64,000 bases of DNA from Bacteroidetes bacterium QS_8_68_28 (GTDB lineage Bacteria > Bacteroidota > Rhodothermia > Rhodothermales > Salinibacteraceae), in NCBI GenBank assembly GCA_003022485.1, contig PXTS01000015.1, positions 753 through 64,752 of the forward strand, read 5' to 3'. Positions 40,328-48,403 of this stretch are shown here, piece by piece. The position numbers and the translations under genes are program-made. The notes beneath the pieces were generated by a model that was not told the DNA's origin, searched no databases, and saw only the letters and a program-made list of their open reading frames with translations. Within the stretch, counting starts at the first letter, position 1, and each line of letters opens with the position of its first letter.

Positions 40328-40737
40328 TCACCCCTCGCGTTGCTGCTGGAAGAACGCTTCCAGAAGCGCCCCGGCGCGCTCCTCCTCCAAACCGCTCACG
40401 ACCTCCATCCGGTGGTTCAGGCGGTCATCCTGCGGGATCTGGTAGAGCGTGGAGGCCGCGCCGGCTTTTTCGTCGAACGCGCCGAAGACGAGGCGGTCCA
40501 GCCGCGCCAGCACGGCCGCCCCCGCGCACATCGGGCACGGTTCGAGCGTGGCGTAGAGCGTGCAATCCGTCAGGTGCGCCCGCGCCCCACGAGGCGGCCG
40601 TTGTCGTTGCTCTCTTCCGCCTGCTGCACAACGACGGCCCCGACGGGCACCTCGCCGGCTTCGAAGGCGCGCTCGGCCTCGCGCAGGGCCTTTTTCATCC
40701 AGCGGCGGTCCGGGGCGGCGAGGGCGTCGAGGCTCAT
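40328..40737 (-). pseudogene. tadA: tRNA adenosine(34) deaminase TadA, internally deleted and frame-broken
   Basis: The N-part from ATG 40737 reads MSLDALAAPDRRWMKKALREAERAFEAGEVPVGAVVVQQAEESNDNGRLVGRGRT, with a stop at 40570-40572. The C-part, in another frame, reads LTDCTLYATLEPCPMCAGAAVLARLDRLVFGAFDEKAGAA...QQQREG. The block that normally holds the H(A/C)E zinc/catalytic motif between them is absent. Confidence 0.8.
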
Positions 40738-40772
40738 GGGCAGTCGGCCGGGGAGGTTCGGAGAGACGGCTG

Positions 40773-41627
40773 CTACGCTGCCGGCATCGCCGCGGGGGGC
40801 TTGCGCGCCGTCACCAGCAGGCCGGTGCCTTCGTCGTTTTCAGCGCGCACGTCGAGCGCGTTCAGGAAAAGCCCGACCGGGAGCGCCGGCAGGTAATACA
40901 GCAGCACCAGTGGCAGGAAGGCCCAGCTCCGGTTCAGCGCTTTCATCGGCTGCTGGACGAGCAATTTCCACGCCGCCGCCCCGTACGGGCCGTAGGTGTA
41001 GCGACTCTGCGCCGGCGCGAGGCCCGCGCGTTGCAGCTTCTCCTCCAGATCTTGCCTGTTGTACCCGTCGCGCACGTGCTCGCCGATGAAGCTCGCTTCG
41101 CCGGCAGTGTCCGCCTTTTCCGCCTGCACGCCCGAGCCGCCCCGGTCGGAGGGCGTGTTGACGACAACGTACCCGCCGGGGCGCAGGACGCGCGCGAAGT
41201 GGTCGAAGACGGTTTCATCGTCGGCGATGTGCTCCATCACGTCCACGCTCAGGACGAGGTCGAACGGCCCCTCGGTCTCGAGCTGGGTGAGGTCGTCCTG
41301 GGCGAAGGCCACGCGGCTCGCGTAGGGCGTCTGGCGCATGAAGCGTTTGGCGCGGGCGAGGTAGTCGGATTTTACGTCCACGGCGTGGACACGCGCCTGC
41401 GGAAAATTTCGCAGCAAAAAGTGCACGTACTGGCCAAAACCGGTCCCGGCGTCGAGAACGTGCACGGGACGGTCTTTGGGCAGCGCACTCATCAGGCAAC
41501 GCACCTCGCGGCGCACGTACCACGCGCGCAGAAAGAGGAGGTCGAGCGCTGCATAGAAACCGCGCCACAAAAGCGGGTGCCGCTCACAGGCGGCGGCCAG
41601 CCGGTCTTTGATCGGGTCGTAGTGCAC
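40773..41627 (-). CDS. Class I SAM-dependent methyltransferase with hydrophobic C-terminal tail
   Basis: 284 aa, GTG start. SAM motif is VLDAGTGFGQYV, followed by VLRPGGYVVVNTP. The C-terminal membrane-like stretch is WAFLPLVLLYYLPALPVGLFL. Confidence 0.85.
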   Translation of the reverse strand: MHYDPIKDRLAAACERHPLLWRGFYAALDLLFLRAWYVRREVRCLMSALPKDRPVHVLDAGTGFGQYVHFLLRNFPQARVHAVDVKSDYLARAKRFMRQTPYASRVAFAQDDLTQLETEGPFDLVLSVDVMEHIADDETVFDHFARVLRPGGYVVVNTPSDRGGSGVQAEKADTAGEASFIGEHVRDGYNRQDLEEKLQRAGLAPAQSRYTYGPYGAAAWKLLVQQPMKALNRSWAFLPLVLLYYLPALPVGLFLNALDVRAENDEGTGLLVTARKPPAAMPAA

Positions 41628-41747
41628 GCGGGGCGGTTTCGGGTTCGGGGTTGCTCGTTCAGTCGGCGTCCGGCAGCAGCTCCAGCACGCGCTGCCGGAT
41701 GCGGTGCGCGGCCCCTCGCGGCGGCTGGCTGAACGTTCGCGTGGCTC

Positions 41748-42944
41748 TCAACGACAGGCCGTGGCGAGCAGATCCTCCAGCGCGCCGTAGAGGTCGTCAG
41801 AACGCTGCCGTTTGAGGTGGCGGACGCCCCGGCGCAGGCGCGCGGCTAGGCCGTCTTCGGTGAAAAAGCGCGCTACCGCCTCGGCCAGCGCGGCGGGATC
41901 CTCGGGGGGGGCCACGAGGCCGGCCTGCTCGTGCGGAATGTGTTCGGTGAGGCCGCCCACGTCGGTCGTGATGACGGGGCGGTCGAAATGGAAGGCAATC
42001 TGCGCCACGCCGCTCTGGGTGGCCGTGCGATAGGGTTGCACGACTGCGTCGGCGGCGGCGAAGTAGCGTGGCACCTCGTCGTCGGGGACGTACTGGTCAT
42101 AGACGTGGACGCGCCTGCCCAGCCCGTGCCGACGGATCTGCGCGCGGTACGGGGCGGGATCGTCGTAAAACTCGCCGGCTACGACAAGATGCGCTTCCGG
42201 CAGCGCCTTTAGCACGCGCGGCATGGCGTCCAAGAGCACGTCGAGCCCCTTGTACGCCCGCACGAAGCCGAAGAAAAGCAGCACCGGCGCTTTTTGCGGG
42301 AGCCCCAGCGCCGCCCGCGCCTCCGCCCGCGCGAGTGTTGCGCCAAAGCGGTCGTAGACGGGGTGCGCGGCCTGCTGGACGGGCGCCTCCCCCCCCAGCG
42401 CGCGCAGATTCTCTCTTACCGCTCCCGACAGGGCGAGGTGGCCGGCGCATGCCTTCAGAAAAAAGCGCGTGAGCGTGTTGCCCAGTGGGAAGCGTTCGTG
42501 CGGCGTGGCGTTGTGCACCACTGCCAGCGACGGTACGCCGTGCCGTCGCAGAAGCCGCGCGACTGTGCCGTAGGCCGGCGCAAAGAACGGCATCCAGTAC
42601 TGGAAAAGCGCCGCGTCGGGTCGGTCGTCGGGGCCGCCGCCCCGGGCCACGCGCCGCGCGGTGCGGAACCACGACGGCGGCCAGCACGAGTCCAGCAGCC
42701 GGGGGGCGTCGCTTTCTGAACGGGCACCGGGCGCAAACTGGGTCTTCCCCGGGAAAAAAAGCGACGGGTACTGCCGCGAAAACGTCAGCGGTGTGACCGA
42801 GTGGCCGCGCGCCTCCATCCCGCCCCGCAACGTCTCACCGAAGTGCGCGATGCCGCCCCGGTACGGCGCGTACGGGCCGATGAGAACGACATCGTAGTGC
42901 TCTGGTGTTTGGGGGTTTGGGGGGTGTGGTCTTTCGTCGGTCAT
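41748..42944 (-). CDS. Glycosyltransferase family 4 (GT-B, group 1)
   Basis: ORF 41748..43019 trimmed to ATG 42944 (MTDERPH). Contains YDVVLIGPYAPYRGGIAHF and the C-terminal GT1 core YRTATQSGVAQIAFHFDRPVITTDVGGLTEHI. Confidence 0.85.
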   Translation of the reverse strand: MTDERPHPPNPQTPEHYDVVLIGPYAPYRGGIAHFGETLRGGMEARGHSVTPLTFSRQYPSLFFPGKTQFAPGARSESDAPRLLDSCWPPSWFRTARRVARGGGPDDRPDAALFQYWMPFFAPAYGTVARLLRRHGVPSLAVVHNATPHERFPLGNTLTRFFLKACAGHLALSGAVRENLRALGGEAPVQQAAHPVYDRFGATLARAEARAALGLPQKAPVLLFFGFVRAYKGLDVLLDAMPRVLKALPEAHLVVAGEFYDDPAPYRAQIRRHGLGRRVHVYDQYVPDDEVPRYFAAADAVVQPYRTATQSGVAQIAFHFDRPVITTDVGGLTEHIPHEQAGLVAPPEDPAALAEAVARFFTEDGLAARLRRGVRHLKRQRSDDLYGALEDLLATACR

Positions 42945-43023
42945 GTACTCGGGGCTGTCTCGAAAGTCGCAGGGGGTCGTCTGAGAGCGCCCCACCACGC
43001 TCCAGCAGGGCGACTTCACGACA

Positions 43024-44019
43024 CTATCTATTCACCGAACTCATGTCGGCGTAGCGGGCGCCGGCAGCGGCTCCCTGCGGGGCGATCTCGTCGAGGCGCG
43101 CCCGGTCCTTCGGCGTGAGCGAGATCCCGGCGGCCTCAACGTTCTCTTCGAGATGCTTCGGGCTGGTGGTGCCGGGAATGGGGGCCAGGCCCACGCCCTG
43201 CGCCTCCCCCTGCGCGATCACCCAGGCCAGCGCCAGCTGCGCGGGCGTGACGCCCTTGCTCTCGGCCATGTCTTTCACCGCGTCGACGAGCTTCAGGTTT
43301 TGCTCGAAGTGCTCGCGCTCGAAGCGCGGGTAGCGCTCGGCGCGGAAGTCCCCCTTCGGCAGGTCGTCCGGCGACTGGAAGCGACCCGTCAGAAAGCCGC
43401 GCCCCAGCGGACTGTACGGCACGAAGCCGATGCCGAGCTCGCGGCACGTCGGCAGAAGGTCTTCCTCGGGGAAGCGGCTCCAGAGCGAGTATTCCGTCTG
43501 GAGCGCCGTAATCGGATGCTCGCCGTTGGCGCGGCGGATCGTCGCGGGCGCGGCCTCCGAGAGGCCCAGATGGCGTACTTTGCCTTCGTCAACAAGCCGC
43601 CCCATCGCGCCGACGGTTTCCTCGATGGGCACGTCCGGGTCCACGCGGTGCTGGTAGTAGAGGTCAATGGAGGCTACGCCCAGCCGCTGAAGGCTCGCCT
43701 CGCAGGCTTCGCGGACATACGCCGGCCGCCCGTTCACCCCGTGAAAACCCCCGTCCTCGCTGCGCACGTTGCCAAACTTCGTGGCGATCACGGCCTTCTC
43801 GCGGTGGCCGTTGAGGGCCTTGCCCACCAGCTTTTCGTTGGTGAACGGGCCGTACATGTCGGCCGTGTCGAAGAAGGTGATCCCCAGATCGAGCGCGCGG
43901 TGAATCGTGTCGAGGCCGTCCTGCTCGTCGGGATTGCCGTAAAACTCGGACATGCCCATGCAGCCGAGGCCGAGGGCCGAGACTTCGAGATTTTCGGAGC
44001 CGAGCGTGCGCGTCTGCAT
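43024..44019 (-). CDS. Aldo/keto reductase
   Basis: 331 aa. Starts [28 protein letters not shown] and contains [21 protein letters not shown] and HLGLSEA. Confidence 0.9.
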   Translation of the reverse strand: MQTRTLGSENLEVSALGLGCMGMSEFYGNPDEQDGLDTIHRALDLGITFFDTADMYGPFTNEKLVGKALNGHREKAVIATKFGNVRSEDGGFHGVNGRPAYVREACEASLQRLGVASIDLYYQHRVDPDVPIEETVGAMGRLVDEGKVRHLGLSEAAPATIRRANGEHPITALQTEYSLWSRFPEEDLLPTCRELGIGFVPYSPLGRGFLTGRFQSPDDLPKGDFRAERYPRFEREHFEQNLKLVDAVKDMAESKGVTPAQLALAWVIAQGEAQGVGLAPIPGTTSPKHLEENVEAAGISLTPKDRARLDEIAPQGAAAGARYADMSSVNR

Positions 44020-44205
44020 GGCGGTTTCGGGTTGAGGATTGAAGGTTTTTTAGGGCCGCCAGCGCCCCCACGCACGCCCGATCAGGTGGCGGCGACCAAA
44101 TGACTTGGCTTCCAGCGAGCGCCCGTCGGGATGTGGCCGGTAATCCGCCAAATTCGTTGATATCTTTCCAGAGGAGAGCGCCCGAAACAGCGTGCGCATG
44201 ATCGT

Positions 44206-45219
44206 TCACCGCGCCTCGCCCACCGTCTCGCTGACCCGCACTTTTGTTCTTCCATTCTCCCGCTCCCCCGCGCTCCCGGGGGCCGCCCGCTCGCTGACTT
44301 GATAGGATGGATTCTTCTCCATGCGCGGGCGCACGATCATCTCTCCCAGCAGGCCGGTCGTGAAAAGCTGCGCCCCCAGCAGCAAGAGCAGTACGCCGAA
44401 AAGCAGAAGCGGCCGGTCTCCCAGCGAGTTGCCCAGCACGATTTTTTCGAACGAGAGCCAGAGGCTGATGAGGAAGCCGGCCGCGAAGGCCACGCTCCCG
44501 AGCCCGCCGAAGAAGTGCATGGGCCGCGCGGCGAAGCGGGTGAGAAAGACGACCGACACCATGTCCAAAAAGCCGCGCACGAAGCGCTCAGGGCCGAACT
44601 TCGTCTCGCCGTGCCTGCGCTCATGGTGCTCCACGGGCCGCTCGCCGATACGGTCGAAGCCCTCCCGCTTGGCCAGGAGCGGGATGTAGCGGTGCAATTC
44701 GCCGTAGACGTGCACCGCGTCTGTCACCTCGCGGCGGTACACCTTGAGCCCGCAGTTGAAGTCGTGAATCTGGATGCCGCTGATGAGGCGCGTGACGGTG
44801 TTGAAGAAGCGGCTGGGAATTGTTTTGCTCCAGGGGTCTTCTCGCTCCTGCTTCCAGCCGCTGACCAGGTCGTAGCGCCCCTCGCGCAGCTTCTCGATGA
44901 GAGCGGGAATCTCGGCGGGGTCGTCTTGGAGGTCGGCGTCGAGGGTGGCTACGAGCTCCCCGCGCGCCTCCTCGAAGCCGCTCGCCAGCGCGGCGCTCTT
45001 ACCGTAGTTGCGCGCCAGGCGCACGCCGCGAAAGCGGCTGCCCTCCGCCGAATGCTCTGCACACAGTTCCTCGATCACGCCCCAGGAGCCGTCCACCGAG
45101 CCGTCGTCGACCAGAATGACCTCGTAGTCGAAGCCGGAACAGGCGCCGCGCAGGCGCTCGGCCAGCTCTGGTAGCGACGCCTCCTCCTCGTAGACCGGCA
45201 CGACGACGGAGAGGTCCAT
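44206..45219 (-). CDS. Glycosyltransferase family 2, polyprenyl-phosphate sugar transferase-like with C-terminal TM helices
   Basis: 337 aa. Starts MDLSVVVPVYEEEASLPEL and contains ILVDDGSVDGS and LDADLQDDP (DxD). Two C-terminal TM stretches are present. Confidence 0.9.
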   Translation of the reverse strand: MDLSVVVPVYEEEASLPELAERLRGACSGFDYEVILVDDGSVDGSWGVIEELCAEHSAEGSRFRGVRLARNYGKSAALASGFEEARGELVATLDADLQDDPAEIPALIEKLREGRYDLVSGWKQEREDPWSKTIPSRFFNTVTRLISGIQIHDFNCGLKVYRREVTDAVHVYGELHRYIPLLAKREGFDRIGERPVEHHERRHGETKFGPERFVRGFLDMVSVVFLTRFAARPMHFFGGLGSVAFAAGFLISLWLSFEKIVLGNSLGDRPLLLFGVLLLLLGAQLFTTGLLGEMIVRPRMEKNPSYQVSERAAPGSAGERENGRTKVRVSETVGEAR

Positions 45220-45290
45220 TGCAAACTTCAGATTGAATATTGAAAACTGGCCGGCGGGCCGATACCAATCTCAAATTCCCAATTTGCAAT
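45220..45290 (-). promoter_or_regulatory. ~70-nt intercistronic cassette abutting the GT2 start codon (homologous to 23567..23640)
   Basis: It fills the whole spacer between the stop at 45291 and ATG 45219. The reverse complement reads GGGAATTTGAGATTGGT-ATCGGCCCGCCG-GCCAGTTTTCAATATTCAATCTGAAGTTTGCA-ATG. Confidence 0.6.
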
Positions 45291-46358
45291 CTAAAATTGC
45301 TCGTGCCACGGCCCCTCGAGGTCGGCCTCGTAGATGCGGCTGGCCCGGTCGGCGTCGTCGCTGTCGATGACGAAGTAGACGTGATCGCGCTCGTCGGGCT
45401 TGCGGCTGAGGCCCTCGACCTTGCCGGTGAACGGCTCGCCGTCTTCGCCCAAGAGCTCCGCCCAGCGCGCCTCCCCGTCTGCGTCGATGATGCCGAGAAC
45501 CGAGCCGACGATTTCGCCGGTGTCTTCGTTTTCGGCAGAGGCGCTGAAGAGCGTGATGCCTTCGTCGAGCGCTTCGGCGTCGCTGAAGGTAAGGCGCACG
45601 CCGTGCAGGTCGCCTAGGTCGTACTGGATGACGTTCTCGATAGCCGGCGGTGGCGTGCCGATGGGGTCGTTGAGGTAGGCTTTGAAGGCGGGCCAGCTCA
45701 GGTCGCCAGTGGCGTCGACGGGCTGGAGGTGCCCGCGCGGATCGGCGTTGCCGCGCTGAAAGAGGCGCAGGCGCTCCTCGCCCATAAAGATGGCGCCCTC
45801 CACGTTGAGGCCGCTGCCGCAGAAATCACGATTCTGGCGCAGGCGCCCGTGAAAGGCGGGCGTCTCGATGAGGCGGCGGTCCGGCGCCCCGTCGTGGTCT
45901 TTGTCGCGCCAGTCAACGGTGACAACCCACTCGCGCGTTTTGTGCGAGCCGCTGCCGAAGGCCACGAGGTGCTCCTCGGCGCTCCCGGGGTCGGAGGCGC
46001 AGGCTTCGAGGTCGAGCTTGTGGCGCCCTTCGCCGGTGTGCTCTTGGTCGCCGTGGACGCGCGCGCCGTCGGGAGCGGGGGGGAGCGGAACGCCGCGCAC
46101 GTGGTGGTCATCGGGCCCGACGAGGCCGAGAAAGTTGGCGTCGTCCTGCACCAGCGCGAAGCGGTCGATCAGGCGCACCAGAGCGCTGGCGGCGCGCACG
46201 TGGTCGGGATACTCGGCGGGCGCCTCGTCGTCACCGGCGGCGGGGTCCATTTCGTCGTAGGTCAGCGGTGAGGAGCGCACGACGCGGGCCGTGAGCTCGT
46301 CGGCCTTGTGGGCCTTGACCGTGCGGGTACCGGAGGTTGGGGGGGCAGCAGTGGACAC
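45291..46358 (-). CDS. Hypothetical protein, 355 aa (possibly beta-propeller-like; function unknown)
   Basis: ORF track, GTG start, strong codon bias. No motif I can name with confidence. Recurrent (L/V)EG(A/L) and DxDG-like turns (LNVEGAIF, KVEGLS, KLDLEA) hint at a repeat fold. Confidence 0.7.
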   Translation of the reverse strand: MSTAAPPTSGTRTVKAHKADELTARVVRSSPLTYDEMDPAAGDDEAPAEYPDHVRAASALVRLIDRFALVQDDANFLGLVGPDDHHVRGVPLPPAPDGARVHGDQEHTGEGRHKLDLEACASDPGSAEEHLVAFGSGSHKTREWVVTVDWRDKDHDGAPDRRLIETPAFHGRLRQNRDFCGSGLNVEGAIFMGEERLRLFQRGNADPRGHLQPVDATGDLSWPAFKAYLNDPIGTPPPAIENVIQYDLGDLHGVRLTFSDAEALDEGITLFSASAENEDTGEIVGSVLGIIDADGEARWAELLGEDGEPFTGKVEGLSRKPDERDHVYFVIDSDDADRASRIYEADLEGPWHEQF

Positions 46359-46560
46359 TTGAGTGCGGGAGGGGGGAAGAGAAAGTAGGGAAGAGAGACT
46401 TCAGCCAAAGGCGAGCGTGGCGTGGCCGGGGCGGGCATTCTGAAATGCCGTCTTCGACCAGCCGAGCGGCTTGCCTCATCGGGGTAAGGTCAGCGTAGCG
46501 GTTCGAGGCAGCGGGATCGGCCAGTTCCTGCGTTTTGGCAAAAGGACACGAACCACGATC

Positions 46561-46581
46561 CAGCGAGCGTAGCGAGCGGAC
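46561..46581 (+). repeat. Copy of the dispersed 21-nt spacer repeat
   Basis: CAGCGAGCGTAGCGAGCGGAC matches the 15751 copy at 20/21. It is preceded by ACGAACCACGATC, the same flank word seen at 22869/22894 in reverse complement. Confidence 0.6.
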
Positions 46582-46704
46582 GACCTACCGTCCCTCCAAG
46601 GCCCATGCATTACGGCTAAAGCGAACGTGGTCTCACCGGTATCCCTTTCGAGGACGTTTCGAGCAGCACGCGCATGTTCTTTGCGCGGCAGGATGGAGCG
46701 GCCC

Positions 46705-48318
46705 CTACGGCGCGGAGGCCTCTTCGTCGTAGTTCGGGTTCGCGCCCGGGGGCATCTGTACCCCGACGCTGTCGCGCCAGGTGCGGAATTGCCGACGGAG
46801 CGCGCGCGCTTTTTGCGGGCGCTCCTCGGCCAAGTTGCGTTGTTCCCGCAGGTCCGCTTGCAAGTCGTACAGCTCGTTCGGGCGATTCGGTTCGAAGTGC
46901 TCGACGAATTTCCAGCGTCCCTTGCGGATAACCCCGCCGGGCGTGCCCCCCTGGTTGGAGTAGTGCGGGTAGTGCCAGTAGAGCGCCTCGCGGCCCAGGT
47001 CCGCGCCGGGCCGGCGGAGCACCGGCGCGAGGCTCACGCCGTCCACCGGGCCATTGGTCGGCGGGTCGAGGTGTGCCGCGTCCATGAGCGTAGGAAAGAA
47101 ATCGGTGCTGATGACCGGCGTGTCGCTGGTGCTGCCCGGTTCGGTAACGCCCGGCCACCGCACGATCAGCGGCACGCGCACGCCGCCTTCGTAACGCCAG
47201 CCTTTGCCCGTCGCCAGCGGCGTGTTGGCGGTCGGGGGGCCCTCGGCGGTCGACAGCCCGCCGTTGTCGGAGGTGAGCACGACGAGGGTGTTCTCGGCCG
47301 CGCCGCTCTCGCGGAGCGCCCGCAGGACGCGCCCGACATTTTCGTCCATCGTCTCGACCATGCCGGCGTACGTCGGGTGGCTTTGCACTTTGCGCACGCG
47401 CGTTCCTTGCTCGCGGCCGAAGATTTCTTCCTTCGAAAGCTCCATCGCTGCTCTTTTCTGCCGGTACTTCTCTTTTACCGCCTCCTCGGCTTCCAGTGGG
47501 ATATGAACGCTGTAAAAGGCGAGGTGCAAAAAGAACGGCTCCTCTCCGCCGGCGCGGTCGCGGACGAAGGAGGCGGCCTCCCGACCGATGCGGTCGGTCA
47601 GGTAGTTGCCCTCTTGGCCGCTTTCGGCGAGCTCTTGGAGCGGCTCGGGGTGCCAGTCGTCGCGCTTGTAGGGCCAGAAGTAGCTGGGCGGCATTCCCGT
47701 CTCGCCGCCCGCCACGTTCAGGTCGTAGCCCTGGTCGGTGGGCCGGTGGTCGGGCGCCCCGCCGAGGTGCCACTTGCCCATATGGGCGGTGGCGTAGCCG
47801 GCTGTTTCGAACGCCTCGGCGAGCGTCGTTTCTTCGAGGGGCAGGTGGTCGCGGTCCTGCACCTGCAGCAGCGGCTGGCTGGGTTTGTCGGAGCGCCCCG
47901 GGATCCAGTCGGTGATGCGCAGGCGCGCGGGATGGCGTCCGGTCTGGATCGCCGCGCGGGTGGGTGAGCAGACGGGGCCGGCGGCGTAGGCGCTGGTGAA
48001 GGTCATGCCCCGGCGTGCCAGGCGGTCGACGTGCGGGGTTTCGTAAAAGTCGCTGCCGAAGGTCCCGAGGTCCTTCCAGCCCAGGTCGTCGACGACGATA
48101 AAGAGCACGTTCGGCCGGGACGTCCGCTGCTGCGAAGTCGCCGCGACCGGGGCGGCGCCCTGCTGCTGCGAGCCGGCGGGCGGAGCACATCCTGTCGCGC
48201 CCGTCGTTGCCACGCCTCCCAGAAGCGCGACTGCCAGCAGAAGACCGGGGCGACGCACAGTCCCGGCGAGCGTACCGAGGAGCCTGCTTCGTGAAACGAA
48301 GATCCGGACCAGACGCAT
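46705..48318 (-). CDS. Sulfatase (arylsulfatase A family)
   Basis: ORF 46705..48414 trimmed to ATG 48318 (MRLVRIFVSRSRLLGTLAG signal). Contains PNVLFIVVDDLGWKDLG and the formylglycine motif CSPTRAAIQTGR. Confidence 0.9.
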   Translation of the reverse strand: MRLVRIFVSRSRLLGTLAGTVRRPGLLLAVALLGGVATTGATGCAPPAGSQQQGAAPVAATSQQRTSRPNVLFIVVDDLGWKDLGTFGSDFYETPHVDRLARRGMTFTSAYAAGPVCSPTRAAIQTGRHPARLRITDWIPGRSDKPSQPLLQVQDRDHLPLEETTLAEAFETAGYATAHMGKWHLGGAPDHRPTDQGYDLNVAGGETGMPPSYFWPYKRDDWHPEPLQELAESGQEGNYLTDRIGREAASFVRDRAGGEEPFFLHLAFYSVHIPLEAEEAVKEKYRQKRAAMELSKEEIFGREQGTRVRKVQSHPTYAGMVETMDENVGRVLRALRESGAAENTLVVLTSDNGGLSTAEGPPTANTPLATGKGWRYEGGVRVPLIVRWPGVTEPGSTSDTPVISTDFFPTLMDAAHLDPPTNGPVDGVSLAPVLRRPGADLGREALYWHYPHYSNQGGTPGGVIRKGRWKFVEHFEPNRPNELYDLQADLREQRNLAEERPQKARALRRQFRTWRDSVGVQMPPGANPNYDEEASAP

Positions 48319-48319
48319 G

Positions 48320-48345
48320 GCAGTCGAAAACGGCAGTCGAAAACG
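48320..48345. repeat. Perfect 13-nt tandem duplication just upstream of the sulfatase start
   Basis: GCAGTCGAAAACG occurs twice, followed by degenerate GAAACG / GCAACG units. Confidence 0.85.
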
Positions 48346-48403
48346 GAAACGGCAACGGGCAAAGCAGAAACGAGCGGGGACGAAAGCCCCCTTCCCTTTC
48401 TCC

